Shown here piece after piece: positions 1 to 25,161 of a stretch of DNA of 64,000 bases. Position 1 is the stretch's first letter, and every line of letters starts with the position of its first letter. The DNA lies in NCBI RefSeq assembly GCF_009914755.1, contig NC_060947.1, one strand, 5' to 3'. The notes under the pieces were generated by a model. The model was given only the letters and a program-made list of their open reading frames with translations, was not told the origin of the DNA and made no database searches. The DNA is from the human T2T-CHM13v2.0 reference genome, Homo sapiens. Position numbers and translations under genes: made by a program.

Positions 1-216
1 TCTGATTTTACTGTCAGACATCACTCCTGTAACCAGTCTTTGTAGTAAGTCTCATTTCTTGCATGTACTTGGAAGTACATGCAATAAATGGTTTTATTTT
101 CCCAGCGACTGTGCCCGCCCCCACCCCATTGAGTTGTGCCAAATCCCCCTTAAGACGTGGGGCCCGAGTCCATCATGTTTCAGTCAGGTTGCTTGTAATT
201 AGTCTTATTCTGGTTC

Positions 217-1025
<809 letters not shown>

Positions 1026-1269
1026 TCATTCTGGTTCTTAAACCCAAGGGTACTTATTTTCCAACATGAACCTTAACCTCACCCTTCCAGAAACTTCTCA
1101 GGCATGGGCAAGGTTGCAGTCTCCCTTACTGCAGGCAGCAATGACTTTAGCAACAGGTGATCTTGGTGGGCTCGTAGGGGAGTGGGAATGGGCAGTGGCT
1201 TTTGTCCTCCTTTTGTTGTCCGCTGGGGATCTTGGTTGGGAAGCCTGAACCCAGCATTGTTTCCTAGCC

Positions 1270-1653
1270 CTGTGTTCAACAATGCCGGGAGCGAGGTGCC
1301 TTCCTATCCCCGTGATAAACAGTTCTGGGACCTGTTGCTCTGCCACACAATCCTGAGAACTAGCACAAGTCAATTCGCTTGCAGGACCAACACACCCATG
1401 CTCCTGAAAGATGAGACTCGCAGAGCCCGGCCCGAGACTGCACCCAGCCGTCCAAGGCTGACCATGCTTCCCACCCGGCCCTCCCCACGCCGGCTCGGAC
1501 TTCGGGCATTTTCTCTCCTCCTTTCCTCCCTGGTGATCTGAGGCCGGCTCTGTCGGGGGAGTGTTCTTCCTCTTTGCAGTGAGTCCAATAAACTCAGCTT
1601 TGCCTGAACAACAGGTTTTTCTGGTGGTGATTTTGGGGAGTCTACAGCCAACA
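1270..1653 (+). mobile_element. Probable ERV LTR remnant
   Basis: AATAAACTCAGCTTTGCC...ACA, LTR-like R/U5 end; family uncertain. Confidence 0.4.
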
Positions 1654-1682
1654 GCTGAAATTGGGAAAACGGGGCGGGGGTG

Positions 1683-1802
1683 GGGAATCCCTTTTTGTTT
1701 TTTGTTTTTATTTTTTACAGTAAAGTGAAAGCAAGTTTATTAGGAAGATAGAGGAATAAAAGAATGGCTGCTCCATAGACAGGGCAGCTGGGAATCCCTT
1801 TT
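1683..1802 (-). mobile_element. Short retroposed LTR (MER4/MER51/MER61-group-like) 3' fragment with poly(A) tail and 13-bp TSD
   Basis: TSD gggaatccctttt at 1683-1695 and 1790-1802; T-rich tail to 1716; AATAAA (minus) at 1736-1741. Confidence 0.7.
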
Positions 1803-2163
1803 AGCACGTGGTGGCTGCAGATGGGTAGAAATACAGACCATATTTGGTTCTTAGTTTAATTAGCCAGAGACGCAGAACAGGGTGGGAAGCCAGACGGCCA
1901 CACCTAGCACCTCATCAGGCTGCAGCCAACCAGGGCCTCTCGGGGCTGGGAAAACTCGATTCTTGCTATACTTGGGCTTACTCGGCTCTCCATCTTATGC
2001 AAACACCTCTCCTTATGAAAGGCAAGAAGAATTTGTTCTACACTGGGGATGGGTTGTGCCTGTCACATGGAGCAGCCTGGGGACCTAGAGGGACCCTTTA
2101 GAAGCTTAGCACCTAGCAATTCCTTTTCACATGTGACTCATGGTCTATTCAGTTTTAGTACTT

Positions 2164-2999
<836 letters not shown>

Positions 3000-3156
3000 C
3001 AGTTTTACTACTTCTTGAGACAACTCTGAAGATTTCTATTTTTCACAGAAAGTCATTCAGTTAATCTAGACTTTTCAAATGTATTGCCATAAAGTTATAT
3101 TTACTATTTTAAAATTTTAATTTCCTCCTTAACCCAACATTTATTTAAAAGGGTCA

Positions 3157-3474
<318 letters not shown>

Positions 3475-4387
3475 CTAAGTGCAAAAACACACACACACAG
3501 AAACTGGAACAACCGAACTGACCCTTTGGGGAGGCTGGCGAAATAAATGACATGGAGTACATTCATACAGCTCTAAAAAAGGACAAAAGTCAGGGACATC
3601 TGTGTCCAGGGAACACTCTCGATTTGTCTTGTTAAGTGAAACTGGCGAGGCGTGGAATCATGAGAGAAGCGTGAGTAGAGGGGACTTAAACCAGGGACTG
3701 GTGGCCACAGCTAGTGTTAGCCAGGGGACTGGAGGCTGGGAGACTGAGAAGGAGATTTTCTTACTTCGTACGTGTCTGTACTGTTTGGATTTTTTTTTTT
3801 TTTTTTTTTTTGAGAGGGTATTTTTTAAAAGGAAAAGCTTGTTTTGTTTTTCTTTTTAAAAAATAGGCTCTAAAAATTCTGGAGAGAAATAAAAAAGGCA
3901 ACATGGTGGCCGGGTATGGGCGTCTCTTCTGATTCCAGGCTGGTTGGCACTGGCCACCTTGCTCAATGGTTGCCTTAGAAACCGGCCTAGCGAGGGGGTG
4001 TCAGTTGTCTCTGGTAGCCATTAAGGCAGTGACTCAGCAGAAAACCCAACCCAAGAGGGAGTTGTTCATTCACTGACTTTCCTTCTCTCCCAGAAAAGCA
4101 TGGGTGAGGCCATTTCTGTTACATTTGCGATCGGGTGGCAGCTGCTCCGCCGTGAAGGCGGTAGCGAGAAGTCTGCCCGCTCCTCCAGCCTCTCACTAGG
4201 TGAGTGGCGTCTCTGTGCTGCCCTGTCCCTCAGAAACCACAGGTTCCGGTCCCTCTGCCAGCCTGTCCCCTGTCTCTCCCCTCCCGCTGACAGGGTGAAA
4301 CCAGCTTCCGCTCACAAGCACTTGCTGGGGGTTGCCACAGGCATGGCTCTTGGGGAGATCTTTAGTAAAAAACCCAACCAAACATCA

Positions 4388-5460
<1,073 letters not shown>

Positions 5461-5470
5461 AGCCCAGGAT

Positions 5471-5779
<309 letters not shown>

Positions 5780-6604
5780 TCAAACTTCACTCAAAATACA
5801 CTGCCTTCTATGTGCTGGGACCCAGAGAGGGTTTGTGGCATGTTTGTAGGAATAAGTCCGGATCAGAACGGAGCTGAGAATGGGTGTTCACTCGTATTCT
5901 TCAATGTCTCCTATTGAGATGATGTTATCCACTTGTTATTTTCTTGACCCTATTTTCTGCCAAGAAATAAAGTAATTTGAGAGAGAGAGAGAGATCGAGA
6001 TCTAACGTGGAAAAACAGATCTGCAGGAAGGCATGGAACGCACTAGAAAGGTAAAAAATGGGCTGTTTAGACCAACACTAATAGTGTCCTTTGGGATTTA
6101 AAATATACGAAAACAAGAGCACCCGAGGCCCGGCGGAAACACAGTCTCGCTGCTGGGAGGCTCTGGCGTTGCTTGAGCCACTGCACCGCAGACTCAATCC
6201 CTAGGGTAACTGCTGGAGTAATAATGAAAAGTGACACTGAGAAAAGGCAAAAAAAGAGAAAGAAAGTAACCAACGACAGATGGGACAACAGAGAACAAAT
6301 GGTAAGCTGGTCCTCACACACAGCCAGAGCAGGAGGGTGGCGGGGGTCAGGGTCTAATGGTGTGGAGGAGGAGGAGGAGGATGTTGAGGGTGAAGAAACA
6401 AAGCCCATGCCCCCGAGTTGTACACTTATAAATAGTTAAACAGATGAATATTATGTTGTATATATTTTATCACAATAAAAGATCTCACATACAGCCATAT
6501 TGGCAAATCCATTAAAATGAAAATGGATAAACACACAAAGATTGCCGGGCTGGCGTAGAGGGAAAATAAAACCAATCAATCAATATGCTGCCTCAAAGAG
6601 ACAT

Positions 6605-7574
<970 letters not shown>

Positions 7575-7687
7575 CAAAAACAGCTTTATTGAGGTATAAT
7601 TGACATAAAATAAACTGCACATTTAAAGTGAACAGTTTGAAAGTTATATCTGCCAAACCATCAACACAATCGAGAATGAACCCACCA

Positions 7688-7820
7688 GGCCAGGCGTGGG
7701 GGCTCACGCCTGCAGTCCCAGCTACCTGGGAGGCTGAGGTGGGTGGATCGTGTGAGCCCAGGAATTCGAGACCAGCCTGGGCAACATGGCAAGACCCCAT
7801 CTCTACAAAAAATACAAAAA
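7688..7820 (+). mobile_element. Alu left monomer (FLAM-like)
   Basis: Left arm only, ending at the A-rich linker. Confidence 0.8.
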
Positions 7821-8200
7821 CTGGCCGGAACTGGGATCTGGAAGGCGGAGGGGACGCAGTAGGCATTTGTGCACTGTGAGTCCTGGTGTGGGGCCATCGC
7901 AGCACTGCCAGCTCCCATCAGGTCTCCCTGATCAGATGTTCCAACATGTGTATACAGATGTGTACAACACCCAAGAGAAATGAGTGTGTATGTGCAGCAA
8001 GACAGATTCGGAAATGTTCATAACAGCTTTATGCCAGCCCCAAACTCAATCCAAACGCCCAAGAGTAGAAAGAGTCAAATGCGGCCCATTCTTACAATGG
8101 AACGCTACCTGGGAAGGCAAAGCAATCGCTTAGCGCTACTCACGGCTGCAACAGAACAACAGTGCAGAGCAATAGCAGGCAGACGCGAGTTCGTACCACG

Positions 8201-8575
8201 TGTGTTAATCCATTCTCACACTGCTGTACAGAAATAGCCAAGACCGGGCAATTTATATAGAAAGGAGGTTCAATGGGCTCACGGTTCTGCAGGCTGTACA
8301 GGAAGCATGGCTGCATCTGCTTTTGGGGAAGCCTCAGGAAGCTTCCAATCATGGCGGGAGGCAAAGGGGGAGCAGGCACATCAGATGGCCACAGCGGGAG
8401 CAAGAGCCGGACAGTGGAGGTAGCACACACTGTTAAACAACTATCATGAGAACAGCACCCAGGGATGGCGCGGAAGCATTCATGAGAAATCTGCCCCCAT
8501 GACCCAGTCACTTCCCACCAGGCCCCGCCTCCAGCACTGGAGATTGGGGCAGGGACACACATCCAAACTAAATCA
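8201..8575 (-). mobile_element. MaLR LTR (MSTA-like)
   Basis: tgtgttaatccattctcacactgct...ggctcacggttctgcaggctgtacaggaagcatgg...acacatccaaactaaatca. Confidence 0.85.
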
Positions 8576-8639
8576 CGACACAATCTCATTGACATGAAAT
8601 TCCAGAACATGCAAAACTATCTATGTGTTTAAAGCCAGG

Positions 8640-9075
8640 TTTGGATGTTCTCTGGTGCTACTCTCATCAAAAAAGGCGGCCCACAGCGCCTCTCCCCTTG
8701 CATACACTGGCCTCAGAGGCTTGCGTCTAGTGAGCAGGCTGCCGGGGAAGTGGCAGCACCTGATCCCCAGGCCAGGCCATCAGATGACGTGGCCTCCGCT
8801 GGGCTTTCTAGCTTGAGATGCTCCCCGGAGAACCCAGCCTCACAGGCACATGGAGGTGTCCTCACCCCGGCAGCGTCCTCCGCTGGACACGAAGGAGCCG
8901 CTGGGTGGTTCCAGCTCGTGGCCATCGGGCTGCCCCGGCTAACCGACTGCAGCGGGTGAGCTCTGCCAACTGAGACCTCACAGAGCACAGGCTCGCGAGC
9001 AAAACAAACATTGCCATTATTTTCAGCCCGTACATCTTGGGGTGGCTTGGTACCTAGCAAGAGATAACTGGAGCA
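8640..9075 (+). mobile_element. MaLR LTR remnant (MLT1-like)
   Basis: 3' end ttggggtggcttggtacctagcaagagataactggagca. Confidence 0.5.
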
Positions 9076-9888
9076 GATTCATATGTGGGTCTATGTGGTG
9101 GCTGCCACATGGCCGTGTACATATAAAACAGTCATTGGGCTGTACGAGTACGGTTTGTGTACTTTTCTACCTTTAACTTATACCTCCCTAACAAAGTCTT
9201 TCAGAAAAGCCTAACTCCTGAGGCTCTGGTGTGGGCAGCTGGGTGGGCGCTGGAACTAGTCCCACACGCTGAGGTGGGAAGCTCATGGTGAAAGGGAATC
9301 CCAAGTCTGCTTGGCCATCTAAGTTTACGGTGCCTGTGAGAAAAATCAGAAGGCCAAAACCTCAGGAGAGAGAGCATGACGGAGGCGCTGCCGTTTGGGA
9401 ATGGACATGATAGAGCCGTGAGAATGAGGAAGATCACCGTCGGGAATGAGTGCAGGCAGCTAAGAGGGCGCAGAGGCGTGTCTGGAGGGACTCACACCTT
9501 GTAGAGGCTGGGTAGAGAGAGCCCACGCACGCTGAGAAAGAACACAGACTTCAGCGTCACAGAGGTCACAAGAGACAAGCGGTTGGTGGGGGAGTAGGCA
9601 CCGGCGAGAGAAAGTCCAAGAGGACTGGATGGATTTGACAACACGGAGATCCCTGGTGTTCTGGATGAACGCTGATTGGATGGAGTGGCAGGGGTAGAAG
9701 CAGAGGAAGAGGGACTGCACAGGGAATGGGCAAGTGAGAAAACAGACAAGGATTCTGAAAAGTTTAGCTACAAAGAGGAACAGAGAATTAGGGTTGTGGT
9801 TGGAGGGGGTGTTGGGTCAAATGAGTTTTTATTTTTATTCTTCAAGAACGGAAGCTACCAGGACATGTTTGATGAAAATAGATCCAGA

Positions 9889-10332
<444 letters not shown>

Positions 10333-10683
10333 CTATTTTTAGATATCGGACAATAGGCTGTGCAGGGCTGTGACCAGAGAGAAAACAAAGAAGGTGAGCC
10401 TTACAAGTACCCTGAGTTTCTGCCTGGAGGCACTTTCACACCATGGTTCAGCAAAGGGGCCTGAGTGGAACCAGCAGTCTCACTGAATTACTAGAGCGAC
10501 CAAGCCAATAGCAGAGAAAAAACAGAATCCCAGAAATATGTAATTAATCCAAAAGTCAAAACAGATGGGGTAATAGAAAACAAATAACAAGATGATAGAC
10601 TTAACTCCAACCATTAAATGGAAATGGATTAAACAGACCAACTAAAGGCAGAGATTGTCAGATTGTTTAAAAGAATAAGGCTG

Positions 10684-11610
<927 letters not shown>

Positions 11611-11661
11611 GAATTTAAACAAGGTCACAGAATATACGGTTCATATGCAAAACTCAACCGC

Positions 11662-11965
11662 TTTTTTTTTTTTTTTTTTTTTTTGAGGCAAGGTCTCCCT
11701 CTGTTGCCCGGGCTGGAGTGCAGTGGTGGAATCATGGCTCACTGCAGCCTCAACGTCCTGGGCTCAAACTATCCTCCTGGGTCAGCCTCCTGAGTAGCTC
11801 AAACTACAGGCATGCACCACCATGCCTGGCTAATTTTTGTACTTTTTGTAGAGACGGGGTTTCGCCATGTTGCCCAGGCTGGTCTCAAACTCCTGGCCTC
11901 AAGTGATCTGCCCGCCTTAGCTTCCCAAAGCGCTGGAATCACAGGCGTGAGCCACCGTGCCCAGC
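11662..11965 (-). mobile_element. AluJ
   Basis: poly-T plus AluJ-type gcagcctcaacgtcctgggctcaa. Confidence 0.9.
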
Positions 11966-12207
11966 ATCAATTGCATTTCTGTATAATATCATGATGAACT
12001 AGAAAATCAAAGATACCATTTAGAATAGCATAAAAAACATGGACTACATCAGGAAAAACCTGACACGGGAAGTGCTGGGTGTGGCCAGCCCAGAGTAGTA
12101 ACAAGACCCTGGACGCTCAAGAACCATGAAGTGTAAGGCATCAGGAAAGCTCAAGGCTTTCGGTGCAACAAAGTCCACAAGTAGAGCCCGAGATTGCAAC
12201 ATACGTT

Positions 12208-12213
12208 TTTATT
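12208..12213 (-). terminator. IRAK1 poly(A) signal AATAAA
   Basis: tttatt on the + strand; GU-rich tract (CTTTGTTG) further downstream on the minus strand. Confidence 0.85.
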
Positions 12214-12777
12214 ACTCAAGGACAACCTGGACGTCACCAATGCCCAGCTTCACGGGGGCATGTAGTGTGACTCACGGCTGAACACAAAATCACTGTGAAG
12301 CCTGTGCTACAGCCCTGGGCTACTTTTGGACACGCAAGAGGACACTCGGTTACATGAAACCTGACTTGCTTCTGAAGACATGTGATACATGTCTTTTCCC
12401 TGAAAATGTTTCCCTTCCCTGTCTGCCATGCTCCCAACTTTTCTGCCTTCCAGGGGCTTCTCACTGTCTGGGTAACTAGGTCTTGGGCCTAGCTAGACCT
12501 TGGGTAGTGGCCCCTCTGCCACAATCAGTGCCTGGGCCTGAGGCTGAGCTTGTGGCCTCCGAAGCCTGACCTGGCTCGGAGCTCGTCTGTGGCGCCCAGG
12601 GATGGCCTGGCTTGCAGGCCACCACATTAGGCCAGCTCGCAGGTCCCCAGTAAAGCCTGAAGACACTGGCCCGAGGTTGGAGGTGGGTGCTGCTCGACTT
12701 TCTGGAGGATCTCAGAATTCTCGCTTCTTGCTAGGACTGAACCATGAGACTTACAGCCATACTTCACTTTTCCCAGG

Positions 12778-13076
12778 GTTTTTCTTTTTGAAACAGGGTC
12801 TTGCTCTGTCACCCAGGCTGGAGTGCAGTCATACAATCATGACTCACTGCAGCCTCGACCTCCCAAGCATAAATGATCCTCCTACTTCAGCCTCCCCAGC
12901 AGCTGGGACCACAGGCGTGCGCTACCACGCCAGGCTAATAGTTTAAAAAATTTTTTGGCAGAGACAGGGTCTCATCATGTTGCCCTGGCTGGTCTTGACC
13001 TACTGGGCTCCAGCGATCCTCCTGCCTTGGCCTCCCAAAGTGCTGGGATTACAGGCGTGAGCCACCGCACCCGGCC
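12778..13076 (-). mobile_element. AluJ in the IRAK1 3'UTR (sense in the mRNA)
   Basis: Alu consensus reverse complement. Confidence 0.92.
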
Positions 13077-13482
13077 ACACTTTTCCAAATTGTAAGCAGG
13101 TAGGAGGGCCCTAGGCCTCGTCGGCCCCATTGTGCAGGGTGGCCACTGTCCAAAGAGATGGGCAAAGAGCTGCTGCCAGAGGCCTGGGCTGCAGACGCCC
13201 TGCATGGCTCTCAGGGGAGCCAGCTCCCTACTCCACACCCCTGCACAGCAGCCCCTCTCCTCCCCTCACGGGTCTGTGCAGCCAGCAGCCTCCCAACATG
13301 CGCCAGCCTCCTCACTGGATGATGCCAGCCTTCCTTGCCCCCAGATGCTGGCATGGAGGCAGGGTTCCACTCTGCCTGCCTATGCCCACAGAGCCTAGAA
13401 CAGCAGGGCCACCTCCTTCTCTCCCCCGCGGGCATGGGCCCCCACCCCCACTGCCGGCAGAGTGCTGAGGACTCGTGCACCA

Positions 13483-13506
13483 TGAGAACTTCTGACCATG
13501 AGAACT
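13483..13506 (-). promoter_or_regulatory. Two tandem miR-146a/b 8mer sites (AGTTCTCA)
   Basis: tgagaact at 13483-13490 and 13499-13506; IRAK1 is an established miR-146 target. Confidence 0.9.
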
Positions 13507-13545
13507 TTGACTTCCGGATTTGGGGGATCTGCCCAGGTGAACACA

Positions 13546-21493
<7,948 letters not shown>

Positions 21494-21600
21494 GGCTGCC
21501 GCCGCCGGGCCGGGACCTGCCGGGGCCTCTCAGGGCCGCGGCGGGCGCGGGCCTGGGCCGGCCGGGTCCGCGGACACTGACTCACTTCCCCTTCGAGCCG

Positions 21601-21670
21601 GCCTCGTGCGACGCCCGGCGGGGCGGAAGGGGCGGTGCCCGGGCCCGCCGCCATCTTGCGCGCCGCGGCC
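21601..21670 (-). ncRNA. MIR718: pre-miR-718 (mature ~21609-21629)
   Basis: Minus strand GGCCGCGGCGCGCAAGATGGCGGCGGGCCCGGGCACCGCCCCTTCCGCCCCGCCGGGCGTCGCACGAGGC matches the hsa-mir-718 precursor as recalled, located at the IRAK1 5' end. Confidence 0.88.
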
Positions 21671-23512
21671 GCGCGCTGGGTCACACGGGGGCGCCCCGCG
21701 CCGGGGAGGGCCCGGGTCCCGGCGGGTTCCGCGAGCGGCGATCGGCCTCCCGGGCTCGCCCGGGCGGGGCTCTGGAGGACGAACGGCGGCTCCCGGCGTT
21801 GGGGACAGAGGGCAGGGCGGAGGCCCGGGCTGCTCGGAAAGGGGCCGGGGCCGGGCCTGCCGAAAGCTCCTGGGCGGCCCTGCCGGAGCCCTGCTCTCCA
21901 CTGCGGCCTGCAGGGCTGTTACCAGGAGCCCTGCCTGCCCGCCCCACGTCTAGCCCCCTGCACACGGCAGCAGCCTTGAGCCATTCAGTCTCCTTAGGTG
22001 TCCTGAAATATGCCGAGAACGCTGCCCGCCACAGCCGTGAGTGTATGCGTTGCTGCTGCCCCAGCCCTCATTTGGCAAGGGTGAGCTCAGGCAGCTGTGG
22101 TGAAGGCTTCCTGAGCCCGCCGGCAGAGCTCCTGCCACCCCGTACCTGTCCCCTCCTGGGCATCGTCCTTGATTACTTGTCTGGACCGCCACCCCCGGTC
22201 CCCGCCCTGAGATGGGGAAGACCCCACAAGCAGCAACGCAGACTTACTCTTTTGTTTCTCCAGCTGGATGTCTCCTCCAGCGACAGTTCCCCTTGCCCTC
22301 TTGATCCTGACAGCGAAGGGGTTCCCCACCCCTAGCCCTACAGACTTAGGACTTTTCCTAGAAACGAGAAGTGCCCAAGGCCCACAGCTGGCCCCTGTTG
22401 GAGTCTCTTTCCTGAAGCCACCACCACTGTGGCCACTCCCAAGGAAGATGCCAACCATACCATGAAACCCATGGCTTCTCACGGGACAGACTTTACTGAG
22501 ATGTACCAACTCAAGTATCTGAAATGACTGCACACCCATGCTAACCTCCACGGGGGCACTTGGTCCTACTTACACACAAAGGCCCATCAGCTCACGGAAC
22601 AGGGCTGGCATACGAGATGCTCAATGCATACAAGTTGACTTTTCAACCCTGGGATCTACCTTTGAAGGCCAGGCCTTCCGAGGGTACCTTCTAGCATGTG
22701 CATGTGAAGCTGGACTCCTTTGAGCAGTTGTCTCCTCCAGCCCCTTACCAACCTGGTGAGGCTGCTCCTGAGAGCCAAGGAAGCCAGTAACAAGGGGGCC
22801 CCCTTTGGGCAAACCCCTCAGCCTGCCCTTGCCTGGTCAGAGAACCACGTTAGCAGTCAACAGAGGGCACGTGAGGGTCCTGGCCAGAATGAGACACAGG
22901 AGGAGCCACAGCCTGCGGGGGTGGGGGTGTCCAAAAGCACCACAGCACATCCAGACCTAGGGGGTGCCCCTACCATACGGGTCTGGAGCAGGGAGGTTGT
23001 GCTGCAGGCTGACTCATGCCAGGCCCTTCCCGTCACACGCTGGAGCAGTGTGCCTGGAGAGCACTGGCTTGGAAGAAGCTGAGGGGCCAGCGAGGCCAGC
23101 ATATGGAGGAGGCTTCCCTTGGCCGCTCGTGGCAGGCCTGAAGGCAGCTACCTGTGTCCAGGGACAGCCAGATCCAATGAGGAAACGCAGCACCATGCTG
23201 TCATGTGAGCTGGAGGGGGACTTCTGTCTTATAATGAAAGCCCAGACCTTGAGTCACTTTCACAGAGAGATTTATCGAGAATGCTAACAGCACAGGATAC
23301 AGTACTTCCCAACAAAAGGTGCAAACGCGTCACTTAGAAAGGCATGCTGAGTATTCTTTGCTTTCACATGTATTAAAAAACTTACAAAAATAAAATAAAA
23401 CTGCGTGCTGCCCATCTTTTCCAATAGTAAAAGAACCTTATGAAAAAATCACTTGATTTTTACAACAAAAGACACAAACGGACATTTTTATGTAAATTTA
23501 TAAGGCAAACTC

Positions 23513-23518
23513 TTTATA
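23513..23518 (-). terminator. MECP2 distal poly(A) signal TATAAA (non-canonical)
   Basis: tttata on +; GU-rich element at 23462-23480; UGUA cluster upstream; a second TATAAA at 23497-23502. Confidence 0.75.
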
Positions 23519-25153
23519 TAATAAATAGGTTACAGGGATTCAGTGGGGGGGGGGTGTTTTTGAAACGTATACAGGTACATTCAGACAGGTTTACTGAAAT
23601 GGTACAAATTTCCTTAATAAATTGCCTTTTGTTTTTAAATATATCAGTGCTTTCAGTCATTTGGCTATACACAAAGAACCTTTTTTCTGAACACTACAAA
23701 AAAGCAATCAATAATTTTTGTTTTTAAAACGACCTACTTATTTTCTAAAGTAATTGTCCCAAAACACAAAAACTGAAGGTGAATACGATACAGGGCTTTT
23801 AGAGACATCTCCAGCTAAGTGTGTCCCGGCCTCTCCCTGTGCCCCAAGTGCACCTCTCCCAACCTCAGACAGGTTTCCAGGCTGGAGCCAGCTCCCTTCT
23901 GCACAGGGTGGCCTGTGTTACTGGCAATGCTGTCCATAGCTCTCGGCCTCTGGGCTGGCACAGGGGAGCATGACTTCAACTCAGGAGGGGGCAGACACCC
24001 TGCCTAGCTCTTCCAGATGCTGCACCCGGCATGCAATGGTCACTACAGTCAGCACTCTCCGCCTCTCAGAGGAGGGAGGGGCTGTCAGGTGTTTTGGGAG
24101 CCCAAAACCATGCCTAATGAGGGTAATGGCTTTTCTAAGGAGATGTTTTCGCCATGGAATGGGAAGGGGTTTTCTCACATCTAAGTTTTGCTGGCGATCG
24201 GGTGACAGCCAAGAGAGTGCAAGCCCCCTCCATGGTCATTTTATTGCCCTGGGAAGGGGAGGGTGGGGAATAGAGATGTCACAGTGTTGAGCCCTGGAGG
24301 ATGGGGTGGGATGTGACGGAAGTGTCTTAAACAGTAATGCCCACGGGGCACACCTTGGAGAGAGAATGCCCACCACCTGGCCTGTCCAGGAAGAGCTGCA
24401 TCTGCCAACATTAGCCTGACCTGTGCCCACAGCAGAGCGTCCCAGCCTCCTGCTTGGGTGGGCCCAGCCCCATTCTCCCCAGCTCTTCAGCTCTGCACAC
24501 ACACATCCCCTCCTGGCTCCCCTCAAGGAAACATCAATCTTGCCTTTCCTTAAAAGCACGGGATGGTGGTAATAATCTCGGGGGGAGGGGAAGCAAAACA
24601 AGAATCCACTGGGCGGAACAAAACCTGGTTTTGCAGTGACTTGGAAAGTGGCAACACATCAGCTATTCGGCTTGCTGGCTTGGAGTGGGACTCCTGGGCT
24701 CCACTGCTTTGGGTGGCTTCTGGCTGATCTGGGCAGGGGTCATCTGTTCAGCTCTCCCCTCTCATCTCAGTCACCATCCCCCTCCCTCCGAATGCTTTTG
24801 TTTGTAAAGAAAAAGTGTCTAGAAATATTTGTCTCTGGAACAATTACTTTAAACATAGTTACAATACAGACTTCAGTTCAAACACAGAAGAGATTTACTT
24901 AGCAAAATTCCTTTCACCCACCAAAAATTACACAAATATAAGCCTCAACACCACAGTTAAGAGGACCAGTAGAGAGAACCTCATGTTTGGAACACAAAAG
25001 GAGAAATAAAAACCAAACCAAACCCAAACAGAAAAACCCCAGAAAGACAAGTAAAGGGCAAAGAAGGAAGGGGAAGGGGAGCAAACACAGCACACGTTAC
25101 AGTGTCCAGATACACGGGAGCCCAGCATGGGCAAGGGCTCGGCACACATTGAG

Positions 25154-25161
25154 TAACAGTC
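25154..25161 (-). promoter_or_regulatory. miR-132/212 8mer site (GACTGTTA) in the MECP2 long 3'UTR
   Basis: taacagtc on +; miR-132 regulation of the long MECP2 UTR is established. Confidence 0.8.

Larger units (their letters stand above)
12190..13545 (-). other. IRAK1: IRAK1 3'UTR (~1.35 kb, contains an Alu)
   Basis: Runs from the stop codon to ~18 nt past AATAAA; cleavage site approximate. Confidence 0.85.

Noticed and set aside
23372-23525. Plus-strand AATAAA/ATTAAA cluster as the end of an antisense transcript
   Set aside because: More simply the complement of U-rich elements around the MECP2 distal PAS.
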